From Comamonadaceae bacterium (GTDB lineage Bacteria > Pseudomonadota > Gammaproteobacteria > Burkholderiales > Burkholderiaceae_C): a stretch of 64,000 bases of DNA. A program made the position numbers and the translations under genes. Below the pieces are notes generated by a model. It saw only the letters and a list, made by a program, of their open reading frames with translations. It ran no database searches and was not told where the DNA came from. Below are positions 9,969 to 19,404 of this stretch, piece after piece. The stretch lies in NCBI GenBank assembly GCA_947459405.1, contig CANHDQ010000001.1, positions 5,331 to 69,330 on the forward strand, given 5' to 3'. Positions within the stretch are counted from its first letter, which is position 1, and each line of letters begins with the position of its first letter.

Positions 9969-10661
9969 TCAGGCTGCATCCATGCCCTGTTTGCGTTTGG
10001 CATCGACTGCCTGCGGGCCGGCCATGAATGACAGACAGGCCCGGGCCGCCTCAATCTGGCGGCTGCGCACGCCGATGCCGGCCGAAAACACGGTGGTGAT
10101 CTGAACCGCCGCAGGCAAGGGGCCCACGAGGGTGATGCCGGGCATATCGATGAGCTCACTGAGTTGCTGAAAGCCCAGCGCGACGTCGCCCCTGGCCACC
10201 AGCGCGGCCACCGGCACGCCCGCTGGAGCCTGCAGCAGGCGAGGCGCCAGCGCCTCGTGCACGCCCCAACGCTTGAACAGCTCGAGCAAAGCGACGCCAC
10301 TGGGCCCGGTGGAGTAGCCGATGCGGGGCGCCTCCAGCACGGCGCGCCTGAGCGAGTCCACGCTGGAAAAATCGGGCACCGCTGCGCCCTGCCGCACCGC
10401 CGCTGCCACACCCGATCGCGCCAGATCCACCCGGCCAGGCAGCAACTGGCCTTGATCGATCAAGCGCTCGATCGCATCGGCGGCCAGGATGACCAGATCG
10501 AAGTCTTCGCCGGCCTGGACGCGCCTGGCCGCATCGACCCCGCCGACCGACTCGATCGAAACCGGCGGGCCGCCGCGCTGCTCAAACTCGGCCACAAGCT
10601 GCGCCAACAAGGCGCGGGTGGCCATGGAGGAAATGCCCCGAAGCGGCGGATCGGTCTTCAT
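9969..10661 (-). CDS. ModA-like substrate-binding-fold protein without signal peptide
   Basis: GISSMAT, SVGGVDAARRV, YSTGPSG, GFQQLSEL (SBP_bac_11-like); in-frame TAG four codons upstream rules out an N-terminal extension. Confidence 0.8.
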   Translation of the reverse strand: MKTDPPLRGISSMATRALLAQLVAEFEQRGGPPVSIESVGGVDAARRVQAGEDFDLVILAADAIERLIDQGQLLPGRVDLARSGVAAAVRQGAAVPDFSSVDSLRRAVLEAPRIGYSTGPSGVALLELFKRWGVHEALAPRLLQAPAGVPVAALVARGDVALGFQQLSELIDMPGITLVGPLPAAVQITTVFSAGIGVRSRQIEAARACLSFMAGPQAVDAKRKQGMDAA

Positions 10662-10702
10662 GCGTACATTCTAGGAAGGCCAGGGTCGCGCGGGGCGCGC
10701 GC

Positions 10703-11590
10703 TCAGTCCTTGGGCAATCGGTCGGCGTAGTCCTGCCAGCGGGCGTCCTTGGCCAGCTGGGCAAACACGCCGGCAGCGGCCAGGTCGGCCACCCATTGCT
10801 GCTTGTCGGCAATGGGGGCGGTCATGAGCGGGGGAAAACCGGCCTCCTGCACCGTGCGGGCGGCTTCGCGCATTTCGTCGGCGCGGCGCTGACCGTGCTG
10901 TACCACGCGGCTGAAAAAGTAAGCGCCCTGCTTGTGCCAGTCGATGCTCGGAAAGGTTTCGGCCAGCGTGGGCAGCACATGGTCTTCAACGCCATAGCGG
11001 CGCGCGGTGGCATAGCTTTCGATGACCAGCGCCTCCAGGCCCTTGATCATGATGCTGCGGCACATCTTGATCGCGCTGGCCACGCCAAGCTGCTCGGAGA
11101 CGACCGTCGCATCCATGCCCCAGGCCTTGAGCTGGGGCGCCAGATCGGCGGCACGGGCACCGCCCAAAAGCATGGGCACTCGAATGCCATAGGGCGGCAC
11201 CGAGGTCATGACGCCCGCCTCCACATAGTGGGCGCCGGCCGCCTCGATGCAGCGCGCCGCCTGCTGCTTGGTGCCCGGTGAGGCCGAGTTCAGATCGAGG
11301 AAAAAGCAGCCCGGCCGAATGTGCGCAGCGGCCTGCTCGGCCACCGCCAAGGTGCTCGAGGCAGTAACGGCCGAGACGATGAGCTCGGCCTGCTCGCACA
11401 AGGTCTGCAGCGAGCCCGCTTGCGCGCCCAGGGCCTGAGCATGCTGATGCAGGGCCGGCGCCTGAGCCGGGTCGCCCAGCTTGAGATCGGCCACGCACAG
11501 CTGGCCGAGCTGCGGGCGCAAGGCGGCCGCGAAGATCCGCCCGACCTCGCCATAGCCGACCAGGCCCAGGCGGGTGATGGGCAGGCTCAT
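10703..11590 (-). CDS. NAD(P)-dependent oxidoreductase, 6PGDH/3-hydroxyisobutyrate DH-like with DUF1932-type C-terminus
   Basis: GLVGYGEVG, DLNSASP, ASAIKMCRSIMIKGLEAL, HGQRRADEM. Confidence 0.85.
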   Translation of the reverse strand: MSLPITRLGLVGYGEVGRIFAAALRPQLGQLCVADLKLGDPAQAPALHQHAQALGAQAGSLQTLCEQAELIVSAVTASSTLAVAEQAAAHIRPGCFFLDLNSASPGTKQQAARCIEAAGAHYVEAGVMTSVPPYGIRVPMLLGGARAADLAPQLKAWGMDATVVSEQLGVASAIKMCRSIMIKGLEALVIESYATARRYGVEDHVLPTLAETFPSIDWHKQGAYFFSRVVQHGQRRADEMREAARTVQEAGFPPLMTAPIADKQQWVADLAAAGVFAQLAKDARWQDYADRLPKD

Positions 11591-12555
11591 TGCAGCGGGA
11601 TCTTGGCGCGCACGATCACCTCGCCCCAGCGCTTGACCTCGCTGGCCAGCAAGGCTGCTGCCTGCTCGCTCGTGCTGGCTTGCGCATCGACGTTGAGCTC
11701 GGCCAGGCGCCGGCGCACGTCGGGGTGTGCGATGGCCGCCTGCACCTCGCGCTGCAGCCGCTCAATCACCGGCCGGGGCGTGCGCGCAGGCGCTGCCAGG
11801 CCATTCCAGCTGGCGGCCACAAAATTGGACAGGCCGCTTTCGCGGGCCGTCGGCACCTCGGGCAAGGCGGCCGAGCGCTTGTCGCCGGTGACGGCCAGCA
11901 CCCGCAGCGCCTTGGCGTTGACCTGCGACATGACCGGGCCGAGGATCTCGACGGCCGCATCGATCTGGCCGCCGCGCAAAGCGGTCACCACCGCGGGCGT
12001 GCCGTTAAAGGGCACGATCTGCATATCTACCGCTGCATTGGACTTGAACAGCTCGGCCGCCAGGTTCTGCGTGCTGCCGATGTTGATGCTGCCCACATTG
12101 AGCTTGCCCGGATTGGCGCGGGCGAAGGCCAGCAGTTCGGCCAGCGATTTGAAACGCGAGTCGGCCGGCACCAAGATGGCGATGTCAAACGTGCCCAGCG
12201 TGGAGATGGGCGCGAAATCTTTGAGCGTATCAAAAGGCAGGGATTTGAACAAACCGGCACTGACGGCCGTGCCATTGGACATCAGCAGCAGGGTGTGGCC
12301 ATCGGGCTCGGACTTGAGCACCGCATCGGCCGCGCCGATGCCACCGGCACCGGGCCGGTTTTCGATCACCACCGCCTGCCCGAGTTGCTCGGCCAGGCGA
12401 CCGGCCACCGTGCGCGCGGTCAGATCGGCCACGCCGCCGGCGCCGAAGGGCACGACGATGCGAACGCTCTTGTTGGGAAAAGTCTGCGCATGGGCCACAA
12501 GTCCCCAGCACCAGGCCGTCAGCAGGGCTGCGGCAAAAGATCGACGAAGGTTCAT
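11587..12555 (-). CDS. Tripartite tricarboxylate transporter substrate-binding protein (Bug/TctC)
   Basis: Signal peptide ending AHA; VPFGAGGVAD, ENRPGAGG, PDGHTLL. Confidence 0.92.
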   Translation of the reverse strand: MNLRRSFAAALLTAWCWGLVAHAQTFPNKSVRIVVPFGAGGVADLTARTVAGRLAEQLGQAVVIENRPGAGGIGAADAVLKSEPDGHTLLLMSNGTAVSAGLFKSLPFDTLKDFAPISTLGTFDIAILVPADSRFKSLAELLAFARANPGKLNVGSINIGSTQNLAAELFKSNAAVDMQIVPFNGTPAVVTALRGGQIDAAVEILGPVMSQVNAKALRVLAVTGDKRSAALPEVPTARESGLSNFVAASWNGLAAPARTPRPVIERLQREVQAAIAHPDVRRRLAELNVDAQASTSEQAAALLASEVKRWGEVIVRAKIPLQ

Positions 12556-12709
12556 GATGGCTTGAAATAAAGTGACCAAGGCCTGACGGACCCACATTGT
12601 CACCAATGTTGAGGCCGAAGGGGCCTGACTATGAAACGGCCCGTCCGAATGCGCAAGCGGGCTATCCCTGTGCGCGTGGGGCTCGGTGCGCGCGGTCGGG
12701 GCCTGGGGT

Positions 12710-13837
<1,128 letters not shown>

Positions 13838-14065
13838 GGGCGTGGGCTGTCCGTGTGCTGGGAAAGAGGGCATCAAAAACCGGGGTGGCAGCAAGGTCTT
13901 GGCCTGCAGCACCCCGGCAAGCCTGGTCGACGGCATTTTGGCACCGAGGCGCGTGCTATAAACCGGAACCTTCATCAAGCGGGTCGGAATTTTTCACAGT
14001 CCATCAGCCTGGCTGATGGTTCCCTGACGGCCTCCGAGCCCCAGCCCGCACTCTTTTCCTTACCC

Positions 14066-15346
14066 ATGAAACGCGGCTTTTACACCATCATGGCGGCGCA
14101 GTTTTTCAGCTCGCTGGCTGACAACGCGCTGTTCGTGGTGGCCGTCGAACTGCTGCGCGCCGGCGGCGCGCCCAAGTGGCAGCCGGCGGCCCTGGTGCCC
14201 ATGTTCGCCCTGTTTTATGTGGTGCTTGCGCCTTTCGTCGGCGCCTTTGCCGATGCCCGGCCCAAAGGGCAGGTCATGTTCGTCAGCAATGCGATCAAGG
14301 TCGTGGGCTGCCTGGCCATGGTGTTTCACATGCACCCTCTGGCCGCCTACGCCATCGTTGGCTTGGGCGCGGCCGCGTATTCGCCCGCCAAATACGGCAT
14401 CCTCACGGAGTTGCTGCCGGCCTCGCAGCTGGTCAAGGCCAACGGCTGGATTGAGGGCCTGACGATTGCCTCCATCATTCTGGGCGTGCTGCTGGGCGGA
14501 CAGCTGGTGGGCCCGCGCATTTCGGGCCCTTTGCTGGGCCTGGACATGCCCCTGTTTGAAACCGGCATCGACACGCCGCCAGAGGCGGCGCTGATGGTGC
14601 TGATGGCGGTCTATGCGCTGGCGGCCTGGTTCAACACCCGAATTCCCCACACCGGCGTGACCATGCGCCCCATCCCCAAGAACGCCATGGCGCTGCTGCC
14701 CGACTTCTGGCAGTGCAACACCCGCCTGTGGCGTGACAAGCTCGGCCAAATCTCGCTGGCCACCACCACCTTGTTCTGGGGCGTCTCGGGCAATCTGCGC
14801 TACATCGTGCTGGCCTGGGCGGCTGCAGCCCTGGGCTATGGCACCACCCAGGCGTCTGCGCTGGTGGGCGTGGTGGCCATAGGCACCGCAGTGGGCGCGG
14901 TGATCGCCTCGACCCGCACCCGGCTCGACCAGGCCACCAGCCTGATGCCGCTGGGCATCGGCATGGGGCTGCTGGTCATCCTGATGAATTTCATCGACAA
15001 CGTCTGGGTGGCCGCGCCCTTCCTGATCCTGCTCGGTGGGCTGGGCGGCTTTTTAGTGGTCCCCATGAACGCGCTGCTGCAGCACCGCGGGCACAACCTG
15101 ATGGGCGCTGGCCGCTCGATTGCAGTACAAAACTTCAACGAGCAGGCCTGCATCTTGGGCCTGGGCGGCTTCTACGCGCTGTCGACCGGTCTGGGTATGT
15201 CGGCCTTTGGCGCCATCACCGCCTTTGGCATCGTGGTGGCCGGCTTCATGTGGGTGATCCAGCGCTGGCACCGCAGCAATCTGGTGCACCACAGCCAGGA
15301 GGTGCAAGCCCTGCTGGAGATCGCGCGCAGCGACAAATCGCACTGA
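14066..15346 (+). CDS. lplT: Lysophospholipid transporter LplT
   Basis: AQFFSSLADNAL, YSPAKYGILTE, VKANGWIEG, GRSIAVQNFNE; divergent from alr. Confidence 0.93.
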   Translation: MKRGFYTIMAAQFFSSLADNALFVVAVELLRAGGAPKWQPAALVPMFALFYVVLAPFVGAFADARPKGQVMFVSNAIKVVGCLAMVFHMHPLAAYAIVGLGAAAYSPAKYGILTELLPASQLVKANGWIEGLTIASIILGVLLGGQLVGPRISGPLLGLDMPLFETGIDTPPEAALMVLMAVYALAAWFNTRIPHTGVTMRPIPKNAMALLPDFWQCNTRLWRDKLGQISLATTTLFWGVSGNLRYIVLAWAAAALGYGTTQASALVGVVAIGTAVGAVIASTRTRLDQATSLMPLGIGMGLLVILMNFIDNVWVAAPFLILLGGLGGFLVVPMNALLQHRGHNLMGAGRSIAVQNFNEQACILGLGGFYALSTGLGMSAFGAITAFGIVVAGFMWVIQRWHRSNLVHHSQEVQALLEIARSDKSH

Positions 15347-15442
15347 AGGCGGGCCCCGACTTGGGCCACCCTTCAAGCAACCTCTTGAGCCACCTCTTGG
15401 GCCCCAATGACGGGCCAGCCCCCACCCCAGACGCCAGCACCC

Positions 15443-16366
15443 ATGAGCAACGAGCCAGCCCGCAACGCCCCGCAAAGCCTGCCCAGCGGGCCGCCGCTGC
15501 TGGCCGTCGGCGCCCTGCTTGTCAACGCCCTGGTCTGGGGACTGTCCTGGTGGCCATTTCGGCAGCTGCAAGAGCAGGGGCTGCACCCGCTGTGGTCCAC
15601 CGCGCTGATTTACGCGGCCGCCGTCGTCTGCGTGCTCGCCTGGCGCCCGCTGGCCTGGCGCCCGCTGGCCCGTCACCGCGGCCTGTGGCTGCTGCTGGTG
15701 GCCGCAGGCCTGACCAATGTGGGTTTCAACTGGGCCGTGAGCATCGGCGACGTGGTGCGTGTGGTGCTGCTGTTTTACCTCATGCCCGCCTGGTCCATCG
15801 TGCTGGCCTGGCCGCTGCTGGGCGAGCGGCCGAGCCGGGCCTCGCTGCTGCGGCTGCTGCTGGCGCTGGCGGGCGTGGTGGTGGTGCTCAAGGCGCCAGA
15901 CTCCCCCTGGCCAGTGCCGCAAAGCGGCGCCGACTGGCTGGCCATCGGCGGCGGGCTGTGTTTTGCCATCACCAACATCTTGCTGCGTCGCTACGGCAAC
16001 ACCCCGAGCGAGGGGCGCATGCTGGCCATGTTTGGCGGCGGCGCAGTCATGGCCTCGGCCGCAGCCGCGCTGGGCATGGGGCTGGGGATGGTGGGCGCAC
16101 CGGCCCTGGGCGATTCGGGCTGGCCGGTGGCGGTCGGCTTGTGCCTGGCATTTCTGGCCAGCAATCTGGCCCTGCAGTACGGCGCGGCCCGCCTGGCCGC
16201 CAGCACCACGGCCTTGGTCATGCTCACCGAAATCCTGTTTGCCAGCGTCTCCTCGGCCTGGCTGGGCGCGGCCGAGCTGCAAACGCGCACCCTCATTGGC
16301 GGCGGCCTGATCATCCTGGCCGCGCTGCTGGCAGCGCTGCAGTCGGGGAGCAAGGACCAGGGCTGA
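15443..16366 (+). CDS. DMT/EamA family transporter
   Basis: WGLSWWP, LLFYLMPAWS, LQYGAARL; about 10 TM. Confidence 0.85.
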   Translation: MSNEPARNAPQSLPSGPPLLAVGALLVNALVWGLSWWPFRQLQEQGLHPLWSTALIYAAAVVCVLAWRPLAWRPLARHRGLWLLLVAAGLTNVGFNWAVSIGDVVRVVLLFYLMPAWSIVLAWPLLGERPSRASLLRLLLALAGVVVVLKAPDSPWPVPQSGADWLAIGGGLCFAITNILLRRYGNTPSEGRMLAMFGGGAVMASAAAALGMGLGMVGAPALGDSGWPVAVGLCLAFLASNLALQYGAARLAASTTALVMLTEILFASVSSAWLGAAELQTRTLIGGGLIILAALLAALQSGSKDQG

Positions 16367-16457
16367 TCGGGCGCGCAAGGCTCAGGCATGGATGGGCCAG
16401 GTCCGCACAGGTTTTTGCGCCAGCCGCACAATCGGGTCAGCCTCCTAAGGAACGACC

Positions 16458-16946
16458 ATGAGCCAATTGCACGATTTCAGCGCCCGCCAGATCGACGGAC
16501 AGGAGCTTGCCCTGAGCAGCCTCAAGGGCCGCGTGGTGCTCGTGGTCAACACCGCCAGTGCCTGCGGCTTCACGCCGCAGTTTGCCGGCCTGCAGCAACT
16601 GCACGAACGCTATGGCGAGCGCGGTTTGAGTGTGATCGGTTTTCCCTGCAACCAATTTGGCGGCCAGGACCCCGGCGCCGACGAGCAGATCCTGGGCTTT
16701 TGCCAAAAAAACTATGGCGTGAGCTTTGCCATGATGAGCAAGGTCGAGGTCAACGGCCCACACGCCCATCCGCTTTTTCAGTGGCTCACCCGCAGCGCAC
16801 CTGGGATCTTGGGCACGCAGGCGATCAAATGGAACTTCACCAAGTTCCTGATTGGCAAGGACGGCCAGCCGATCAAGCGCTACGGCTCGATGGACAAGCC
16901 CGAGTCGCTGCAGGCCGATATCGAGGCGGCGCTGGCCAGCCCTTGA
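16458..16946 (+). CDS. Glutathione peroxidase (Cys-type, BtuE-like)
   Basis: NTASACGFTPQ, GFPCNQFG, KWNFTKFLI. Confidence 0.95.
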   Translation: MSQLHDFSARQIDGQELALSSLKGRVVLVVNTASACGFTPQFAGLQQLHERYGERGLSVIGFPCNQFGGQDPGADEQILGFCQKNYGVSFAMMSKVEVNGPHAHPLFQWLTRSAPGILGTQAIKWNFTKFLIGKDGQPIKRYGSMDKPESLQADIEAALASP

Positions 16947-16964
16947 AGCCGACAGCGGCCTGTC

Positions 16965-17732
16965 TCAGGGGGCGAGCAAGCGCCCAATGATGGCCTGCGC
17001 ATAGCGGCTGGCCACCTGGTCGACGAACTGCGCAAAGTCGCGATGGGCATGGTCGTCGGCGCGGTCGGAGATGGTGCGCATGGCGGCGTAAGGCAGGCCG
17101 TGATCGGCGCAGACCTGGGCCACGGCAGCGCCTTCCATCTCGACAGCAAGTGCCGGATGGCCGTCTTGTTCAAGCCGCTGGCGCAGGGCCTGCACCTCGG
17201 CGGCGCCGCTGACAAAGCGATCGCCGCTGGCGATCAGGCCCTGGTGCACGCGCGCCGGTGCAAAGTCGCGCACCAGACTGTGCTGCACCGCCTGCCGCAG
17301 GGCCTGGCTCAGGCCGGCATGGCAGGCGAAACGGGCACGGCCGTAGGCCGGCACTTCGTAGCGGGCAAACAGGGGCGAGACGTCGAGGTCGTGCTGGATG
17401 AAGTCCTCGGCCACCACCACATCGCCGACCTGAACCGCATCACCGAGCGCGCCGGCCACGCCGGTAAAGACGATGGCGCCAGCTGCAAATCGCTCGATCA
17501 GGATGGCCGCCGTCATGCTGGCCGAGACCTTGCCGATGCGCGAGACCGTAAGCACCACGGGCACGCCATGAAACCGGCCCAGCCAGAAGCGTCGGCCGGC
17601 ATGCTCCACGCGCTGAGCCTGCTGCAGCTGATCGATCAGGCCGCGCTGCTCGTCGACCAGAGCGCTGAGAATGGCCAAGCGCTGGCCGGGGCCAAGCAGT
17701 GCAGCGGGCTGGGCCTGGGCGACGGGCGTCAT
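16965..17732 (-). CDS. mtnN: 5'-methylthioadenosine/S-adenosylhomocysteine nucleosidase
   Basis: SRIGKVSA, FTGVAG, SGDRFV, VEMEGAAVAQVC, RTISDRAD. Confidence 0.93.
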   Translation of the reverse strand: MTPVAQAQPAALLGPGQRLAILSALVDEQRGLIDQLQQAQRVEHAGRRFWLGRFHGVPVVLTVSRIGKVSASMTAAILIERFAAGAIVFTGVAGALGDAVQVGDVVVAEDFIQHDLDVSPLFARYEVPAYGRARFACHAGLSQALRQAVQHSLVRDFAPARVHQGLIASGDRFVSGAAEVQALRQRLEQDGHPALAVEMEGAAVAQVCADHGLPYAAMRTISDRADDHAHRDFAQFVDQVASRYAQAIIGRLLAP

Positions 17733-17763
17733 GACCGCCGGGCGCTGGTGCAGATCACAACGC

Positions 17764-18846
17764 TCACGCGGGCCGCGCGCCGCGCAAGGGCCGCGTGCCG
17801 GCGGCGCAGGGCTCGCACAGCTGCATGGCCAGGCGGTGCAAGGCCTGCCAGCTGTCGCTGGGCCAGTCGGGGTGGCGCAAGCCCTTGCAAATGCCGTCGA
17901 CCTTGTGCGCCGCATCGAGCAGATGAGCCAGGGTGCCGGCGGGCAGGTGGGGCAACACCCGCTCAAACAGGCGCTCCTTGAGCCCCCAAACGCGGTTCTC
18001 GCGCAAAGCCAGCGGCAGCGGGCGGCCGTCGGCAATCGCGTCCTTGACGCGCTTGAGGTTGCGGATTTCCTCGGCCAGCGCCCAATGCACCAACACCTGC
18101 GACTCGCCCTCGGCGCGCAAGCCGTCGAGCATGCGCTGCACACGCAAGGCCTGGCCCGCAAGCACCGCCTCGGAGAGCTTGAAGACATCGTAGCGCGCCA
18201 CGTTGAGCACGGCCGACTCCACCTGCTGCAGGCTCAGCTCGCCCGCCGGATAGAGCAGGGCCAGCTTCTGGATTTCCTGGTGAGCCGCCAGCAAATTGCC
18301 CTCGACCCGGTCGGCAAAAAAGGTCAGCGCCTGCTGCCCACTCTCGCCAGCGGCCATGCGCTGGCCTTGCAGCGCCAGGCGCTGAGCGATCCAGCGCGGC
18401 AGACCCGCCCGGTCGATCGACTCGATCTGCAGGCAAACACCGCCAGCTTGCAGCGCAGTGAACCAGGCGGCGGCGCGGGTGGCCTTGTCCAGGGCCGGCA
18501 GCAGCACCAGGCCCAAGGTGGCGTCCTGACCCTGCAGCGACTGGCTCAATTGCACCAGGGCTTGGCCGCCGTCCTTGCCGGGCTTGCCGCCGGGCATGCG
18601 AAGCTCCAGGATCTGGCGGTCAGCAAACAGGCTCATGGCGCCGCTGGCGGCCAGCACCGCGCTCCAGTCGAAAGAGGCGCCCGATACCGTGTGCACGCTG
18701 CGCTCGGTATAGCCTTGTGCCCGAGCGGCCTGCCGGATCGCATCGGCCGCCTCTTGCATCAAGAGCGGCTCGTCGCCGTAGAGCACATACAAGCTGCCCA
18801 GCCCACGCGCCAGATGGGCAGCCAGTTGGTCGGGGGCCAGTTGCAT
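17764..18846 (-). CDS. holA: DNA polymerase III delta subunit
   Basis: GDEPLL, MSLFADR, EGNLLAAHQEIQKL; leuS-lptE-holA synteny. Confidence 0.95.
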   Translation of the reverse strand: MQLAPDQLAAHLARGLGSLYVLYGDEPLLMQEAADAIRQAARAQGYTERSVHTVSGASFDWSAVLAASGAMSLFADRQILELRMPGGKPGKDGGQALVQLSQSLQGQDATLGLVLLPALDKATRAAAWFTALQAGGVCLQIESIDRAGLPRWIAQRLALQGQRMAAGESGQQALTFFADRVEGNLLAAHQEIQKLALLYPAGELSLQQVESAVLNVARYDVFKLSEAVLAGQALRVQRMLDGLRAEGESQVLVHWALAEEIRNLKRVKDAIADGRPLPLALRENRVWGLKERLFERVLPHLPAGTLAHLLDAAHKVDGICKGLRHPDWPSDSWQALHRLAMQLCEPCAAGTRPLRGARPA

Positions 18847-18876
18847 GGGCTGCGATTGTAGGAAAGGCCAGGCCGC

Positions 18877-19404
18877 TCAGCGCTCGAGCGGCGTCGTGCC
18901 CGACTGCACGGTGGTGACAGCGGCCAGGCGGCGCTGAATTTGCTGCAGCATGTCGTCGCGCATGTCGCGAAAGAGCATCACCTCTTCTGCCTCTTTGGCC
19001 AGCGCGGCCGATTCGGCAAAGCCGATTTCACGCTGCAAGGCGATCTCGGTCTCGGGGATGAGTTCACGGCCCTGCGGCGTGATGAGCCGAAAGCGCAGGC
19101 GCAGACGCAATTGAAACTCGCGCACCTGACCGGCCGCATTGAGGCCGGCGACGATTTTTTCGCGCTGCTCGCTGCGCACCTCGAAGATCGCGTCGGCCGA
19201 GGCGCGTTCGCTGGGCAGCAGCAGCACGCGCAGCGAGGGGCTGTAGCGCAGCACGCGCACCAGCTCCGGCCCAAGGCTGGAGCCTTCGGGCATTTGCAGA
19301 TAGAGGTTTTTAAATGCGAACTGGGGCGGCCGACGCAGCGCAAAGCCGCAGCCGCCCAGGGCGGCCGCGGCCAAGAGCAAGCACAGCTGTCGGCGCCGCT
19401 GCAT
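18877..19404 (-). CDS. lptE: LPS assembly lipoprotein LptE
   Basis: Lipobox LGGC-GFALR; between leuS and holA. Confidence 0.92.
   Translation of the reverse strand: MQRRRQLCLLLAAAALGGCGFALRRPPQFAFKNLYLQMPEGSSLGPELVRVLRYSPSLRVLLLPSERASADAIFEVRSEQREKIVAGLNAAGQVREFQLRLRLRFRLITPQGRELIPETEIALQREIGFAESAALAKEAEEVMLFRDMRDDMLQQIQRRLAAVTTVQSGTTPLER

Noticed and set aside
15359-15405. Degenerate 12-bp repeats (acctcttgagcc / acctcttgggcc) between lplT and a DMT gene
   Set aside because: Too short and degenerate, with no spacers; not CRISPR-like and no functional inference possible
16458-16946. Possible selenocysteine in either glutathione peroxidase
   Set aside because: Both active-site codons are TGC (Cys); no in-frame TGA
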